NCBI RefSeq assembly: GCF_009914755.1
Contig: NC_060938.1
Source: the human T2T-CHM13v2.0 reference genome, Homo sapiens
DNA: 64,000 nt
Direction: 5' to 3' (one strand)
The first letter of the stretch is position 1. Each line of letters opens with the position of its first letter. Below the pieces are notes generated by a model. The model did not search any database and had not been told where the DNA came from. It saw nothing but the letters and a program-made list of their open reading frames with translations. A program made the translations under genes and the position numbers. This document shows positions 29,249 to 41,029 of the stretch, one piece after another.

Positions 29249-32028
29249 CAGTTTGTCATTTTACTTTAAACAGTTGTCACTGAGAGATATTCTGCCTTTT
29301 TTGTTGTTCTTCATTTCTTCCAATAGATCTAAGTTTCCATCTGGGGGTGTCATTTCTCTTTAGCCTGAAGAACTTCCCTTAGCATTTCTGGTAGCACAGA
29401 TTTGCCAAGAACAACTTCTCTATCTAGTTTATCTGAAATCTGAAAATGTTTTGATTTCATCCTCATTTTGAAGGATATTTTATATTGATATGGAATTCCA
29501 GATTGAGAGTTTTTTTTTTCTTTCAGCACTTTAAAAATTGCCATACCTTTTGTCCTCTGGCCATTTTTCCCCCGATTGTTCTGTATGTAAGTCTTTTCTC
29601 CTCCCTCTGGCTGCTTTAAAGATTTTGTCTTTATCTTTGCTTTTTAGCACTTTGACTATGATGTGACTGTGTGTCATTTTCTTTGATTTTTTTCTGTTTA
29701 GGATTTGCTAAGGTTTGCTGATCTCACAGTTGATATTTGTCACCCCAGATTTAGAAAGTCTTAGGCGATTACTTCTTCAAATATCTATTCTGCCCTATTT
29801 TCTTTCTCTTTGTGCCTGGGACTCTAGTTGCATAAATGTTAGACTGCTTGATATTGTTCCATAAGTTTGTTCTATGTTTTTTGTTCTGAAGCCTTATTAA
29901 TTTTTTTTCCTATCTTTTGTCCTTTTGTCCTTCAGATTGGGTATTTTCTATTGGTCTGTCTTTAAGTTCACTGATGATTTTTACTGTTGTGTTCAAACTG
30001 CTGTTAAGCCCAACTGATTTTTTTCATTTTAGATATTTTACTTTTAAATTAGAAATTTCCATTTATTTTTCCCCATCTGTTTTTTCCTACATAGCTTCTG
30101 TTTCTTTCCTAGATTTCCCATCTGTTCATTCATTATGGCCATCTTTTCCCATAAGTCCTTGAACATATAGCTGCTTATAAGGTCCTTATATAGCTGCTTT
30201 AAAGTTCTTGTCTGTTAATTCTAACATCTGGGTCATCTTGGGGTCAGTTTTTATTGTCTATTTTTTCTTCTGACTATAGATCACATTTTCACACTTCTTC
30301 ATATGTCTAGTAATTTTGTTTGTACATAAGACATTGTAGATGAAAAATTACAGTAACTCTGGAATTACCTTCCTCTGAAAAGTGTTTATTTTTGTTTTAG
30401 TAGGCTGTTAAACTATTTGTGGATCACCTTAAACTTGTGGGAACTTGGTTTCGGACTGTGTTAGGTTGGGTGTATTTTGGTTTTGCCCTTTGTCCTACAG
30501 CAAATCCCATAGTCCTGGGACATGGTCTTTACTCCTCAGATGGCTCTTCGGGGATTTCGGTGAAAGACCCAATGTTTGTACCAAGCACCTCTAACTTTGT
30601 GGAACTCAAACTCCAAACTCTGCCTCCCTTGCAATGAAATTTCATCTCTACTCAGCTTTTTATTATCCTTTCAGCAGTTGCTTTTCACTGGGTTTCTTGG
30701 AGTCTCCTTTATGCATGTACAATTCAGGTATTGACTGAGAATTTTAGAGAAATTTGTGTATGTATTTGGGGGCTCCCTTCTTCTCAGGATTTTCCCCTAT
30801 TTCTAGCCCCTCTAGCAGCCCTGAGCTTTGTTCTTAAAGCCAATAAAATTGCAGCTTTCTGCTGGAGTTCCAGCTACCCAATTGCTGTACAGACTGAGTG
30901 CATTCACACTCAGATAATCTATTTGAGCATGGATTTTTACCAATCCAGTTCTTTTCTTTCAAGGATAAAATCTCCTTCAGTTTCTGCCTGCTTTTGTTTC
31001 CTCTCCAGTATCTTCTAATAGTGGTTTTATATGTTTTGTCCAAAGTTATAATTATTATCTGTGTGACAATTAGTTGAATACATACTACTTTCCCATTATG
31101 TGCCAATTGCTTTTGGACTGTTTCAACATACACTTTTTTTTTTTTCAGATGATATTATTGGTGAGAAAAGAATGAGAGTGATTGGTGCAGAGACAGTTTG
31201 TGTCCATTTTCCCTTGGGACTAGTGACAGGGACGTTCTGATATATTAGCTATCGAGACAGAAAGTGTTCTGACATTAGTGGTGCAACTTGGAAGTAATGA
31301 CCAGAAACATGGGTATGAAAGAGGCCCAGCGACCAGAGCTAAGTCACCAGAATGCAAGTGTTCATCCATGTGGATGCTGTGCTGAGCACTAGGAAAGGTT
31401 AATCTAAAAAGGCCTCTAGAGTTAGAGAGGTCGGCAGTGTGCTGTTTCAAGGGCAGGAGTGGGGAGGGTCTTTCTGTGCAGCCTCAAGCTGAGTAGTAAA
31501 ATTTATGGATTAAGTGACTGTTCCTAGGTCCTGCCTTTCATGTTAGGCCATTGTCAGCTGGGGTGGTAGAGGAGCTGGCCTTCAGCCTTACTCATTTGAG
31601 AAAGGGTGGGAAAAGAACCTGAGAAATTAACCTGGGGCTTGGACTGATAAGCTGAGAAAGAGACTGTAGCATGTTTTAACACTGGTGTATGCATAAGGAA
31701 GTTTTTACTGATAGGAGAAATCCAAGAACAATGTAGTAAGTTTTTTGTAAGCTAAATTTATTCCATTTAAAGGACCATTTCTTATCCCGGTTTGTGTCCT
31801 TTCTAATTTGGGAAGATTAGAAAGGTCCATTCTTTAATGAAATGATTTTTTAACCATTTAAAAAATGGTTAAAAAAATGTTCTTAACAAAATTAAAAGCT
31901 GTTAAGCTGTACTGCCAATCCACACAAACAGAAATTTGCTTTTTGAAATATTAACAGTTTATGAAATCCAGAAGTTTGGGAAACAGTTCTAGATGTTTAA
32001 AAAATATTTTTTAGGATTACTGGGGACA

Positions 32029-32329
32029 TTTTTTTTTTTTTTTTTTTTGAGACAGAGTCTCACTCTGTTGCCTAGGCTAGAGTGCAATGGTGGGATCATG
32101 GCCCACTGGAGCCTCTATCTCCTAGGTTCAAGCAATCCTCCTAGATCAGCCTCCTGAGTAGCTGGGACTAAAGACATATGCCACCATGCCTGGCTAATTT
32201 TTTCTATTTTTTGTAGAGATGGGGTCTCACTTTGTTGCCCAGGCTGGTCTTGAACTCCTGAGCTCAAGCAATCCTCCTGCTCTGGCCTTCCAAAATTTTG
32301 GGATTACAGGTGTGAGCCACTGCGCCTGT
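32029..32329 (-). mobile_element. AluJ
   Basis: Antisense dimeric Alu with T-tail. Confidence 0.93.
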
Positions 32330-34971
32330 GCTGGGGCCACTTTTCAAATGGTATATAGTAGGGATAGTGAAATGTGTACTAATTTGCTAGCCATGACCTT
32401 GCTCTGTACTTATAGTGTCTTCTCCTTGGGCTCCCACAACTAAGGCAAGATTAAGAACTGCAGTGTGAAACCTGCAGTGTCCCTGGTCTCACCACTGCGT
32501 GATACAGAGTGGGGAATGAAGCCAGGCATTTCTCTCTAGGTCTCACATGATGGGGGCCGCCAGCCCATGGGTTAATGCTTCTCTCACTTCTTTTCCATTA
32601 TCACCCTTGAGGAGTCTTGTGAGAGATCAGGTTTCCTAAAGCATCAAGGTTACAGCTTGCTTCTACTGCTCTCAGCTTGTTCCAAGTCATTCCATCCTGG
32701 CTTTGGTTGAGGTAGCAAGTCTAGACTGTGCTTATACAAAGTCACTAAGTCATGTGCCAGGAGGGGTTGCTTCTTAGAGTGTTGGGAATTTACACCTTCA
32801 ATATTATGCACATTTCTGGCTACACACATGCTGGGTTGATTTTAATAAACAGAAAGGAGTTAAGAGAATGACAGAAATGTATAGGTTTTGGTTTATGATG
32901 AATGTTGAAAAGAATTTTTATGTTGGCTGAATGGCAGAAAGTATAGGGAAATGGGGCATGTCTTTATAAGTGTCTGAAAGGTATATAGACCCAAGAAGAG
33001 GAAGAAGGGAGAGCTGATGTAGGATGACCCAAAAGGATGTAATTGAGATTAAGAAGATGCCATCCAAGGTGGGAAAGTCCAGGGTGAATTTGAAGAATGG
33101 TTTTCAGGGCTGAAATCTGTTCTCTTTGGATCCGCCTCTTCAACAAACTACTGGCAGCCCTATCCCATGAGTCACTTAAATTGGGCAGTTTGATGACTCT
33201 GTATTGAGCTGTGGGATATGGCTCTTTTTATTATAGGTTATGTGTGAACATTTGGGAAGTGCGACACCAGTAGAGCATTTGCCAAACACTGTGGCTGTCC
33301 TGAGCATCATGTTATGTCTCATTGAGCTACAGAACTGTGGTTTCCTCTTCTTGATTTGGGCAGCTTTCAAGGATATCTCTCTCTTCAGGGAAGCTGGAAT
33401 AGATAATTGGATCCTTAGAATGAAATATGTGCAAGGCCTCCCCCAAGTAAAAGGCCCTGTAACACCTGGCCACCAGAAACTTCCATTGTCTCAACCCTAA
33501 GCATTAAGGATTCCTCTTCTGAAGTCTGCATTTTATTACTGTTATTATTATTTCTGAAAATAATATAATAGCCACTGTTATCACTATTTATGAGGAGTCT
33601 ACTCTATGCCAGGGATTTTCTCCAGTGTCTACAGTAGACCTGCAAGGGACTCATGATCATTCTCATTTTACACATGAGGAAAAGGAGGCTCAGTGGAGAT
33701 ATGATGAGCACAAGGCTGCCCAGCTAGAAAGAGACATTTCTAGAATTTGAACCCGGGACTGTCCCTCCTTCCTGCTCCCTCTTCCTTTGCTCCCTCTCCC
33801 CACCTTTAAATAGCTTTTCCCCTTTGCTTCCTTGTGGCAAAATCACATGTCCTCCTTGATTCAGTCCCTCCTTCTTCAAAGCTACTCCACTGTTGATATG
33901 TGGAAAATATCTTGTAGCATGCAGTAAAGACACAGCTATTTTCCAAGTGCAAAGATTTATACTGAATGCAGCCTAACACAGCTTGGCACAGTGTTCAAGC
34001 TGTTACTAATATGATTTTGGCATCACTTTTTAATTCTGACTTTGCCCTTAACGCTTCCCTCAATCTAATCCTTGACTTGCCTCATTAAAGGGGTAAGGAT
34101 TAGACCATGCTATTTTCTGGACCTCCTGTCTTATTGAACATATTTGTATCATTGACAGGTACATCTTACCTTGAGCCCGGGAAATAAATGAAAGAGATGG
34201 TCCTTTCAGTTTGCCCTTGCCGGGTCTTATATTTGTATTATCAGTCTGGATTGTTGGGCACTTTGTTTCAGCCCAGATTGGTTGTTTTCTATGGCAGTTC
34301 TGTTCTTTCAAGCCCGTTCTAGCTGGCATGCAACTTAGCCGCTAGGCAATCATGTATCATCTGCTTCATTGCAAAGCTCAGGTATCAGACACACCTGGGT
34401 TTGAATCCTTGCCCTGTTATTTACAAATAGTATGATTTTTAGCTGAGTTAATCTCTAAGCCTAGTTTCCTCATCAGTAAACTTAGTATGTAGTAGTACCC
34501 ACTTCATCATATCATAAGATTCAGCAAATAATCCTCCTAAAGCTTTCACATATGGTGAAATAGACATTGGATATTATTTTATCATTAGCTTTGAATTCGT
34601 TAATGTATTATTTCTAATTACCTAGCTTGGCTTATTCACCAACAGTCAAGTCCTTATGCTTACATATTCTCATTTCTCTTTGTAGCCTGTGTTCTCTCTA
34701 TTTTTGTCTCTGTCTCCTTCATTTCAGCTTAAATGGATAAGTGTTTGGTGTTGCCATTTACATCTGTTTTGCTTAGGTACCTTCCTCCTAGGTACCTTCT
34801 TCCTAGGTACCTGAATTCAATTTGCCACAATTCATACATCCATAGAATTACAGAAGTTTGGAAGTGGGAGGAATCAATTCTAGCATGAAGAAGAACCCAG
34901 GGTTGTGGACCTAGTCTGTGGCAGAGCAAGGACTAGAAGCCAGAAGCCAGATTAGTTGGTGTCTCATCTAG

Positions 34972-35266
<295 letters not shown>

Positions 35267-35599
35267 TCTAGTGTTCTTCTACCACATTGTTTTCTTCCCC
35301 AATTTCAGGTATACACAATTAAAATATATTCCACAGGAGGCTAGGGTGGGCAGGGAGGCACTTTTATCTAAAAGCACCTTCCTCCGTCACCTGTAGTCAT
35401 GACAGGGATCTTGAGACCCCGTGTTTTGGGTGTAGAGTAGTTTTCTGGTCCCCAGCATATTAGGAATTACCAACCATTAGGTGGAGAATGTCCCATTGTT
35501 TTTCACGAGCACATGCATCAAGGAACAACCTCCATGCTGGTACCCTCCTCCATACCAACGCTGCCTTTTTTCTTTTTTGTTAAACCTAAACTTTATGCT

Positions 35600-36810
35600 T
35601 CTAGTTTCTTTATTGTTTTAACTTTTCATTAAAATGAGAAACACCCAGAAAAGTAGAAAAAATTAGTACAGTGAACAACATATATCCATCAACTAGATTC
35701 AACTGTTACTACCATTTTGCCATATTTGCTTAAATTATAATTTATAAAATATTTAAAAATAGAATATATGTTTTATACATAATTTTTTGCTGAATTATTT
35801 CAAAGCAAATTATAGGCATCATAACATGTTACTTAGATACTTCAGCATATATCTAAAAAAAAAGATATTTTCCTAGAAAGCCACAAGTCTACACCTAACA
35901 GTATGAATAATTTCCTAACACTATTACCCACTCCAAATTTATTTTCCACTGTTGTCTTCAAAGTATTTTTATAGCGCTTTTGTTCACACCAGAATCCAAT
36001 CAAGAATCACACAATTAGATTTATTTCTTTTAAGTCTCTTTTAATTTAGAATAGTCCCCTAACTCCCTCACTTCTACTTTTTTTTTTTTTTTAATGACAG
36101 CATCTCACTCTGTTGCCCAGGCTGGAGTGCAGTGGCATGATCATAGCTCAGTGTAGCCTCAACCTCATGGGCTCAAGTGATCTTCTCACCTTAGCCTCCT
36201 GAGTAGCTGGTATTATAGCTGCACACCACCACACCCAGCTAATTATTATTATTATTATTATTGGTAGAGATGGGGTCTCACTTTGTTGCCCAGGCTGGTC
36301 TTGAACTTCTGGCCTCAAGTGATCCTTCTGCCTCAGCTTCCCAAAGTGTTGGGATCACAGGCATGAGCCACTGCACCTGGCCCACTCCTCTCTTTTTAAC
36401 GGCATTGACACTTTTGAAGAGATCAGGCCAGTTCTTCTACCAGAGTTTCCCACATCCTGGGTTTGTTTGATTCTTTCTTCCAAGTGTCATTTTACTTATT
36501 ACTTTCTCACCTGATTTGTAAACTGGAAATCAAATTGGAAGGCTTGATTAGATTCCAGATGAATGGTTTAGGCAGGAAGTTTTCCTGGGTGGTGTCATGT
36601 GTTTCAAGTAGCAGCACATTACGTCCCACTGTTAATGCTGCTAAGTTTGATCACTGAGTTAGGATAGTGATAGATATCTCCATTGTTAAGGAATGTTTTT
36701 CTCCCCTGCAACTAGCATGTAATATATGGGTTGATTCTTTGGCACTGTGAAAATGCCCAGTTGCCCACCAGTCAGTCTTGTACCTAATGGCTTTAGCACT
36801 CACTGATGAT
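35600..36810 (-). mobile_element. Ancient L1M(C/E)-like 3' fragment interrupted by an Alu
   Basis: Shares blocks (atccaatcaag, cccacatcctgggtttg, tctccattg) with 52520-53600 and 61340-62720. Confidence 0.6.
36078..36382 (-). mobile_element. AluJ with (TTA)n expansion of the middle linker
   Basis: Antisense Alu; aattattattattattattatt at 36241-36262. Confidence 0.93.
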
Positions 36811-38820
36811 CAGCTTTCTTTCTTATACGTAAAATAGACTTTGCGTTTTGATATGTCCATTTCAGCTTGAGAGAACTATGTTTATTCACAGGAGTTCACT
36901 TATAAGATTGAGTGATCCATTACCTTCCATGACCTTAAATCTACTATGGAGAAACTCATTTCTCTGAGGGATTAGTTGTCAGACCCAGGGTTGAGGCAGG
37001 AGGAAGAAACTGGGAGAGTTGGAACTGTGCGTGGAGGACAGATTGCAGGAGTAGATGCCAGCCCTGAAGCGTATGCACATACCGTATTACTATCAGTCTT
37101 TTCACTTGCCAAGCATATAAAGAACAACTTTCTTGGATCTTCTCTAAGATTGCTGGAGAAAGAAAGGGAAGTTTGTTTTTAGTCAGTAATGTAAGATTGA
37201 ATGTGGGAGCTGCATTGCCCCTAGAAGCTGGAAGATGGATATGTGTGAAGTTTGCAATTGATCTTGCTTAACTAAATGTCTTTCTGTTGGAATTTATGCA
37301 TGTATTTGGACTGGCTTTTTGAAACAGGTTGCAATTTGGACTTAGAACTCTTGGCCTGATTCATATTTTGGGGTTAGGGTGGAGTTTCTCCAGGACTTCT
37401 GAGAGTGTGTGAGAAGTTTCTAAACTCAGAAGGCTCCTTTTTTGGCACTGCAGCATCTTTTCTGTTTTGGCATCTTAAGAATCTGGGGGAACCATATAAA
37501 GATCAGAAACAAGTCTGGCCCTAAAGACTCCCTCTGACATGGTAATTCCAGTTATTGAATCCTAGCCCATTCGGATGAGACCATATAAAGAGGCCATTTC
37601 CTGAAATTCCCGCTCTCTGCCTCTCACAGGCTCCTTTTTGTAGAAAGCTGGTATTTCAGGACTGCAACCGCCAGTCACGTGCTTCCAACTCTTTACTCAC
37701 AGTCATTCCTGCCCCCTGTTTATTTTTGGAGAGAACACATTTTTGCTGCTTTTCAGGAGCTATGCAGGGTCCTGCCCCCTCCGTCCATCAGGCGGCAGCC
37801 CCAGCAGGCTGTGCTCATTTCCCACACTCGGAGACGTGACTCCAGCTTTTAAGAGAGAACACAAGAGATGCACTGCCTGAGGACTACCGTCACTTGTTCC
37901 TATTTCTGTCCCTCTTGGTGTTACATATTTTAAGACTCTTTCTTTTTTTAAAACAAGTTTAGGGAATGTTACCTGGCAGTAAGTCAGCCAAAATTGGAAA
38001 TCATTTGTCCAGCTGTTGTCTTGGGGCTGTGCCTCTGAATTTCAGGAGAGTAATTTAAAGAATAAACCAGGACTTTTGAATTCTAGGATCAGGCCTCCTC
38101 TTCTTTCTGGCTTTTAAGTTTGTTTGAGCTCTAATCCTTCTCTTCCATATAGTTTCTTCCTCTTCTCCTTGACACAGGGATAGAAAATAGGTTCTTCTAA
38201 AATGCCAACTCAAACAGATGTCTTCCCAAGTGCTTGGTCAAGGAGGACTCTTGAGTTGATGGGCTTTAGGAAAAAAATGCCACGACTGTCTTAGCCTGCC
38301 TGAAGATTAAGTTTTTAGCTTCAGTGATGGAGCAGGAGTAAATTCTTCTTCCTGTAAATGAGTAGGCCATTAGGTAGAGAACTCAGACTCATAACATTTG
38401 AAGAACAAACTAAATCATGCATTTGTGTCTTCCTCTGCTCTGTGGGAAGGACCCCTGGTCCAAATGGAAAGATGTGTGAATAAAGGGCTTTAATTTCTCA
38501 TCAGTCCAGGCAGGGACTGGAGCTTTGACAGTTGAGCTGGTGAGGGCGTTCGCACCCCCATAGGTTCCCTAGCATCTGATCTGTCACCTCCGGAAAGGGA
38601 AGGCCAACAGTCCAGGCAGCTGGTCATAAAACGAGCAACAGCAGTGGCTGGCCTAGGTGTGCGTCCTGTGTTTCAGATTGCCCTGGGGAGACAGCCGTTT
38701 TTTGAAATGCGGATAACTAGGTGTCTAGGTGTCATGAAACCTCTTAGGGAGAGCAGCCAAGTATTCAGGGACTGGACTGTCTATGCAAAAGAAACCAACT
38801 AGACCTTTAAAATCATATTG

Positions 38821-39509
38821 CTGGGGAAAGGAGCAGCAACAAATCCAAAATGGCAGCCAGCAGAAGGCTGATGAAGGAGCTTGAAGAAATCCGCAAATGT
38901 GGAATGAAAAACTTCGTAACATCCAGGTTTGAGGAAACTAATTCTTGACTTGGCAAGGGCTAATTGTTCCTGACAACCCTCCATATGATAAGGGGGCCTT
39001 CAGAATGGAGATCAGATTTCCAGCAGAGTACCCATTTAAACCACTGAAGACCACAGTTAAAACAAAACAAAGATTTATCACCCAAACAATGACAAAAAGG
39101 AGCAAGTCTGTCTGCAAGTAATTAGTGCTGAAAACTGGAAGCCAGCAACCAAAACTGACCAAGTAATCCAGGCTGTCATAGCACTTGTGAACAACCCCCA
39201 GCCCGAGCACCCATTTCGGGCTGACCTAGCTGAAGAGTACTCTAAGGACTGTAAAAAATTCTATAAGAATGCTAAAGAGTTTACAAAGAAATATGAGGAA
39301 AAGCGACCCATGGACTAAAATCTACTGCAGTTGATTCCAGCAAGTATGAGCAGAGACCCCAAGCAGTGCATTCAGGACTCTGTGGAAAATTGACATGTGC
39401 TACCACCTGGCATTCGCTTGTGGCACTTACTAATTTTCCATAGTTTTCTTAGTCCAAAGTAGTCTAGGTAGCCTATAAAGAAAGGATTAAAAATTTAAGA
39501 TGTTCTAAA
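38821..39509 (+). pseudogene. Processed pseudogene of ubiquitin-conjugating enzyme UBE2L3 (UbcH7), frameshifted
   Basis: Intronless copy from ATG 38850 (MAASRRLMKELEEIRKCGMKNF) to TAA 39316-39318 ([10 protein letters not shown]); HPN and the catalytic-Cys motif (QVCL) remain visible; indels net +4 nt; ATTAAA at 39486 then a short A tail; TSD aaaatcatattg (38809-38820) / aaaaccatattg (39510-39521). Confidence 0.95.
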
Positions 39510-39521
39510 AAAACCATATTG

Positions 39522-40300
39522 TTACAAGCCAGTCATCTGCTTACATTTCAGATTGTTTGTACTTAATTTCAAACTGCCACATTATGATCAAGTTGCATCA
39601 GCTTCCACTTAAGGCCTGCATTGTAGAGTAATGAATGCTGAGGGCCTCAAACTCCCAAAGCCATTTCCCGGGGACCCTTAAAATATAATGGTCAAGTAAC
39701 AAAATTTTGCTACAGGAGAGTTATATACCATCCCCAGTATCACTACACCCTTGGATCTGGTTGCTTCTGGAATGCTTTTTTCTTTACATTTCCAATCCAG
39801 GACAAGCCCCACTTTGCCCATAAACTTCCTTGACCTCTCCTTCTCCTCAGCACTTCCTGAGTGTGTACAATTCTGTTTAGCTTTTAGACATATATTGTAA
39901 GCCTTATGCATGCTTATCAGAGCAGCCTTAATAATGCCCCAGTGAAAACCACCAAGATGGCAAGAAAACTGCAAATTTTGGTGGAACTGCCCCATGGCTG
40001 AGGGATTCTTCAGCTTCACCTTTGGACCCTGGATGCAGCCTCTTCCTGGAACAATTCTGTGTCTCCATCACTGACGCCTACTTCTCACTTCCATTGTGGC
40101 CTTTTGAGTTTCAGATTAAGCCTGACATCCAATTACGTGGATTTCGTACAGGCCTGATACACTGAACTCTGCGTGTTCTTGGCCTCATGGAACATTTGGG
40201 ACAGGGATGACATCTTCTACTTTTTCTATTGCACCTAGTGCACATGGGACCAGTGCCGAGTTCCCCACATAGGTAACAAGGTTGATTTCTGGGGAAGAGC
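39522..40300 (-). mobile_element. Highly decayed Ty3/Gypsy-like LTR-retrotransposon internal fragment (gag zinc knuckles plus aspartic protease)
   Basis: Frameshift-repaired minus-strand motifs occur in the expected order: CYLCGELG[H]WSHxC (40278-40238), CHLGGFxG[H]IKAA (39962-39918), KGVV-DTG-DGI-TLL (DTG at 39741-39733), ...VAV...VSR-DW (~39580-39528). Confidence 0.5.
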
Positions 40301-41029
40301 ATATAACTTGGTAATAGTTATTAATTAAGTCCGTCTCATCCAGACAGGGTATTTGTGTGTGCCCCTAACAAGACTCATATTAGGGGGTGTTTACAAAAAT
40401 ATTGCTAATCCTTGGACTCAGAGAACTAAATCATGTATGTAAGGACTTTCCCTCAGGAGATAGGCATTTCCCTCTAAATGCCCAAGCCTACTTTGCAGAG
40501 AGCTAAGCCTGCCTGTCCCTCCTCCTCTCCCCTCTGCTTCAGTGCTCTCTCCTGAGGTTCGCCAGTGGGAAGCAAGCTAACTACCATAGCTCCTGACTCA
40601 TGTTGCTCAGGGGATTTCTTTGCAATTTTTTACTTTTCTGAATGATCTCAATGTTGGGGTGGAGGAAATGAAAAGTAGCTTATACAGTTTTTATAATACT
40701 ATATCAATTCCTAATGGCTTCAGTTATTAGTGAAAAAAATCCTTTGATTTTAGAAGTAGGTGTTAAACTGTATTGGCTTTGGAGGAGTGACTTTTAGCTG
40801 GTGATCGCTTTGTTTTGGAGCTGCGGGTACCATTTTATAATGGGAAGAAAATGAGAGGAAATGTGGCTTTGTGTTACCTCTTGGCAGAAAGGATTTTCAC
40901 CCAATAGCCATGGCTTCCTTGGGTTTGTGGTTAAACAAGATAAAGCTGATATTTTGGGTTTTAGACTCTTAGGGAATGCTATTAACCATTTGATATCTGT
41001 TAGTAAAGTGACAGTTCAGTCCAGGCTCA

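Noticed and set aside
35290-35314. Recursive splice site candidate ttttcttccccaatttcag|gtatac
   Set aside because: The regenerated donor is weak and the intron (33 kb) is short for recursive splicing.
40111-40302. 63-aa Cys/Arg-rich ORF as a novel metal-binding microprotein
   Set aside because: Better explained as a frameshifted retroelement zinc-knuckle remnant; no promoter or splice evidence.
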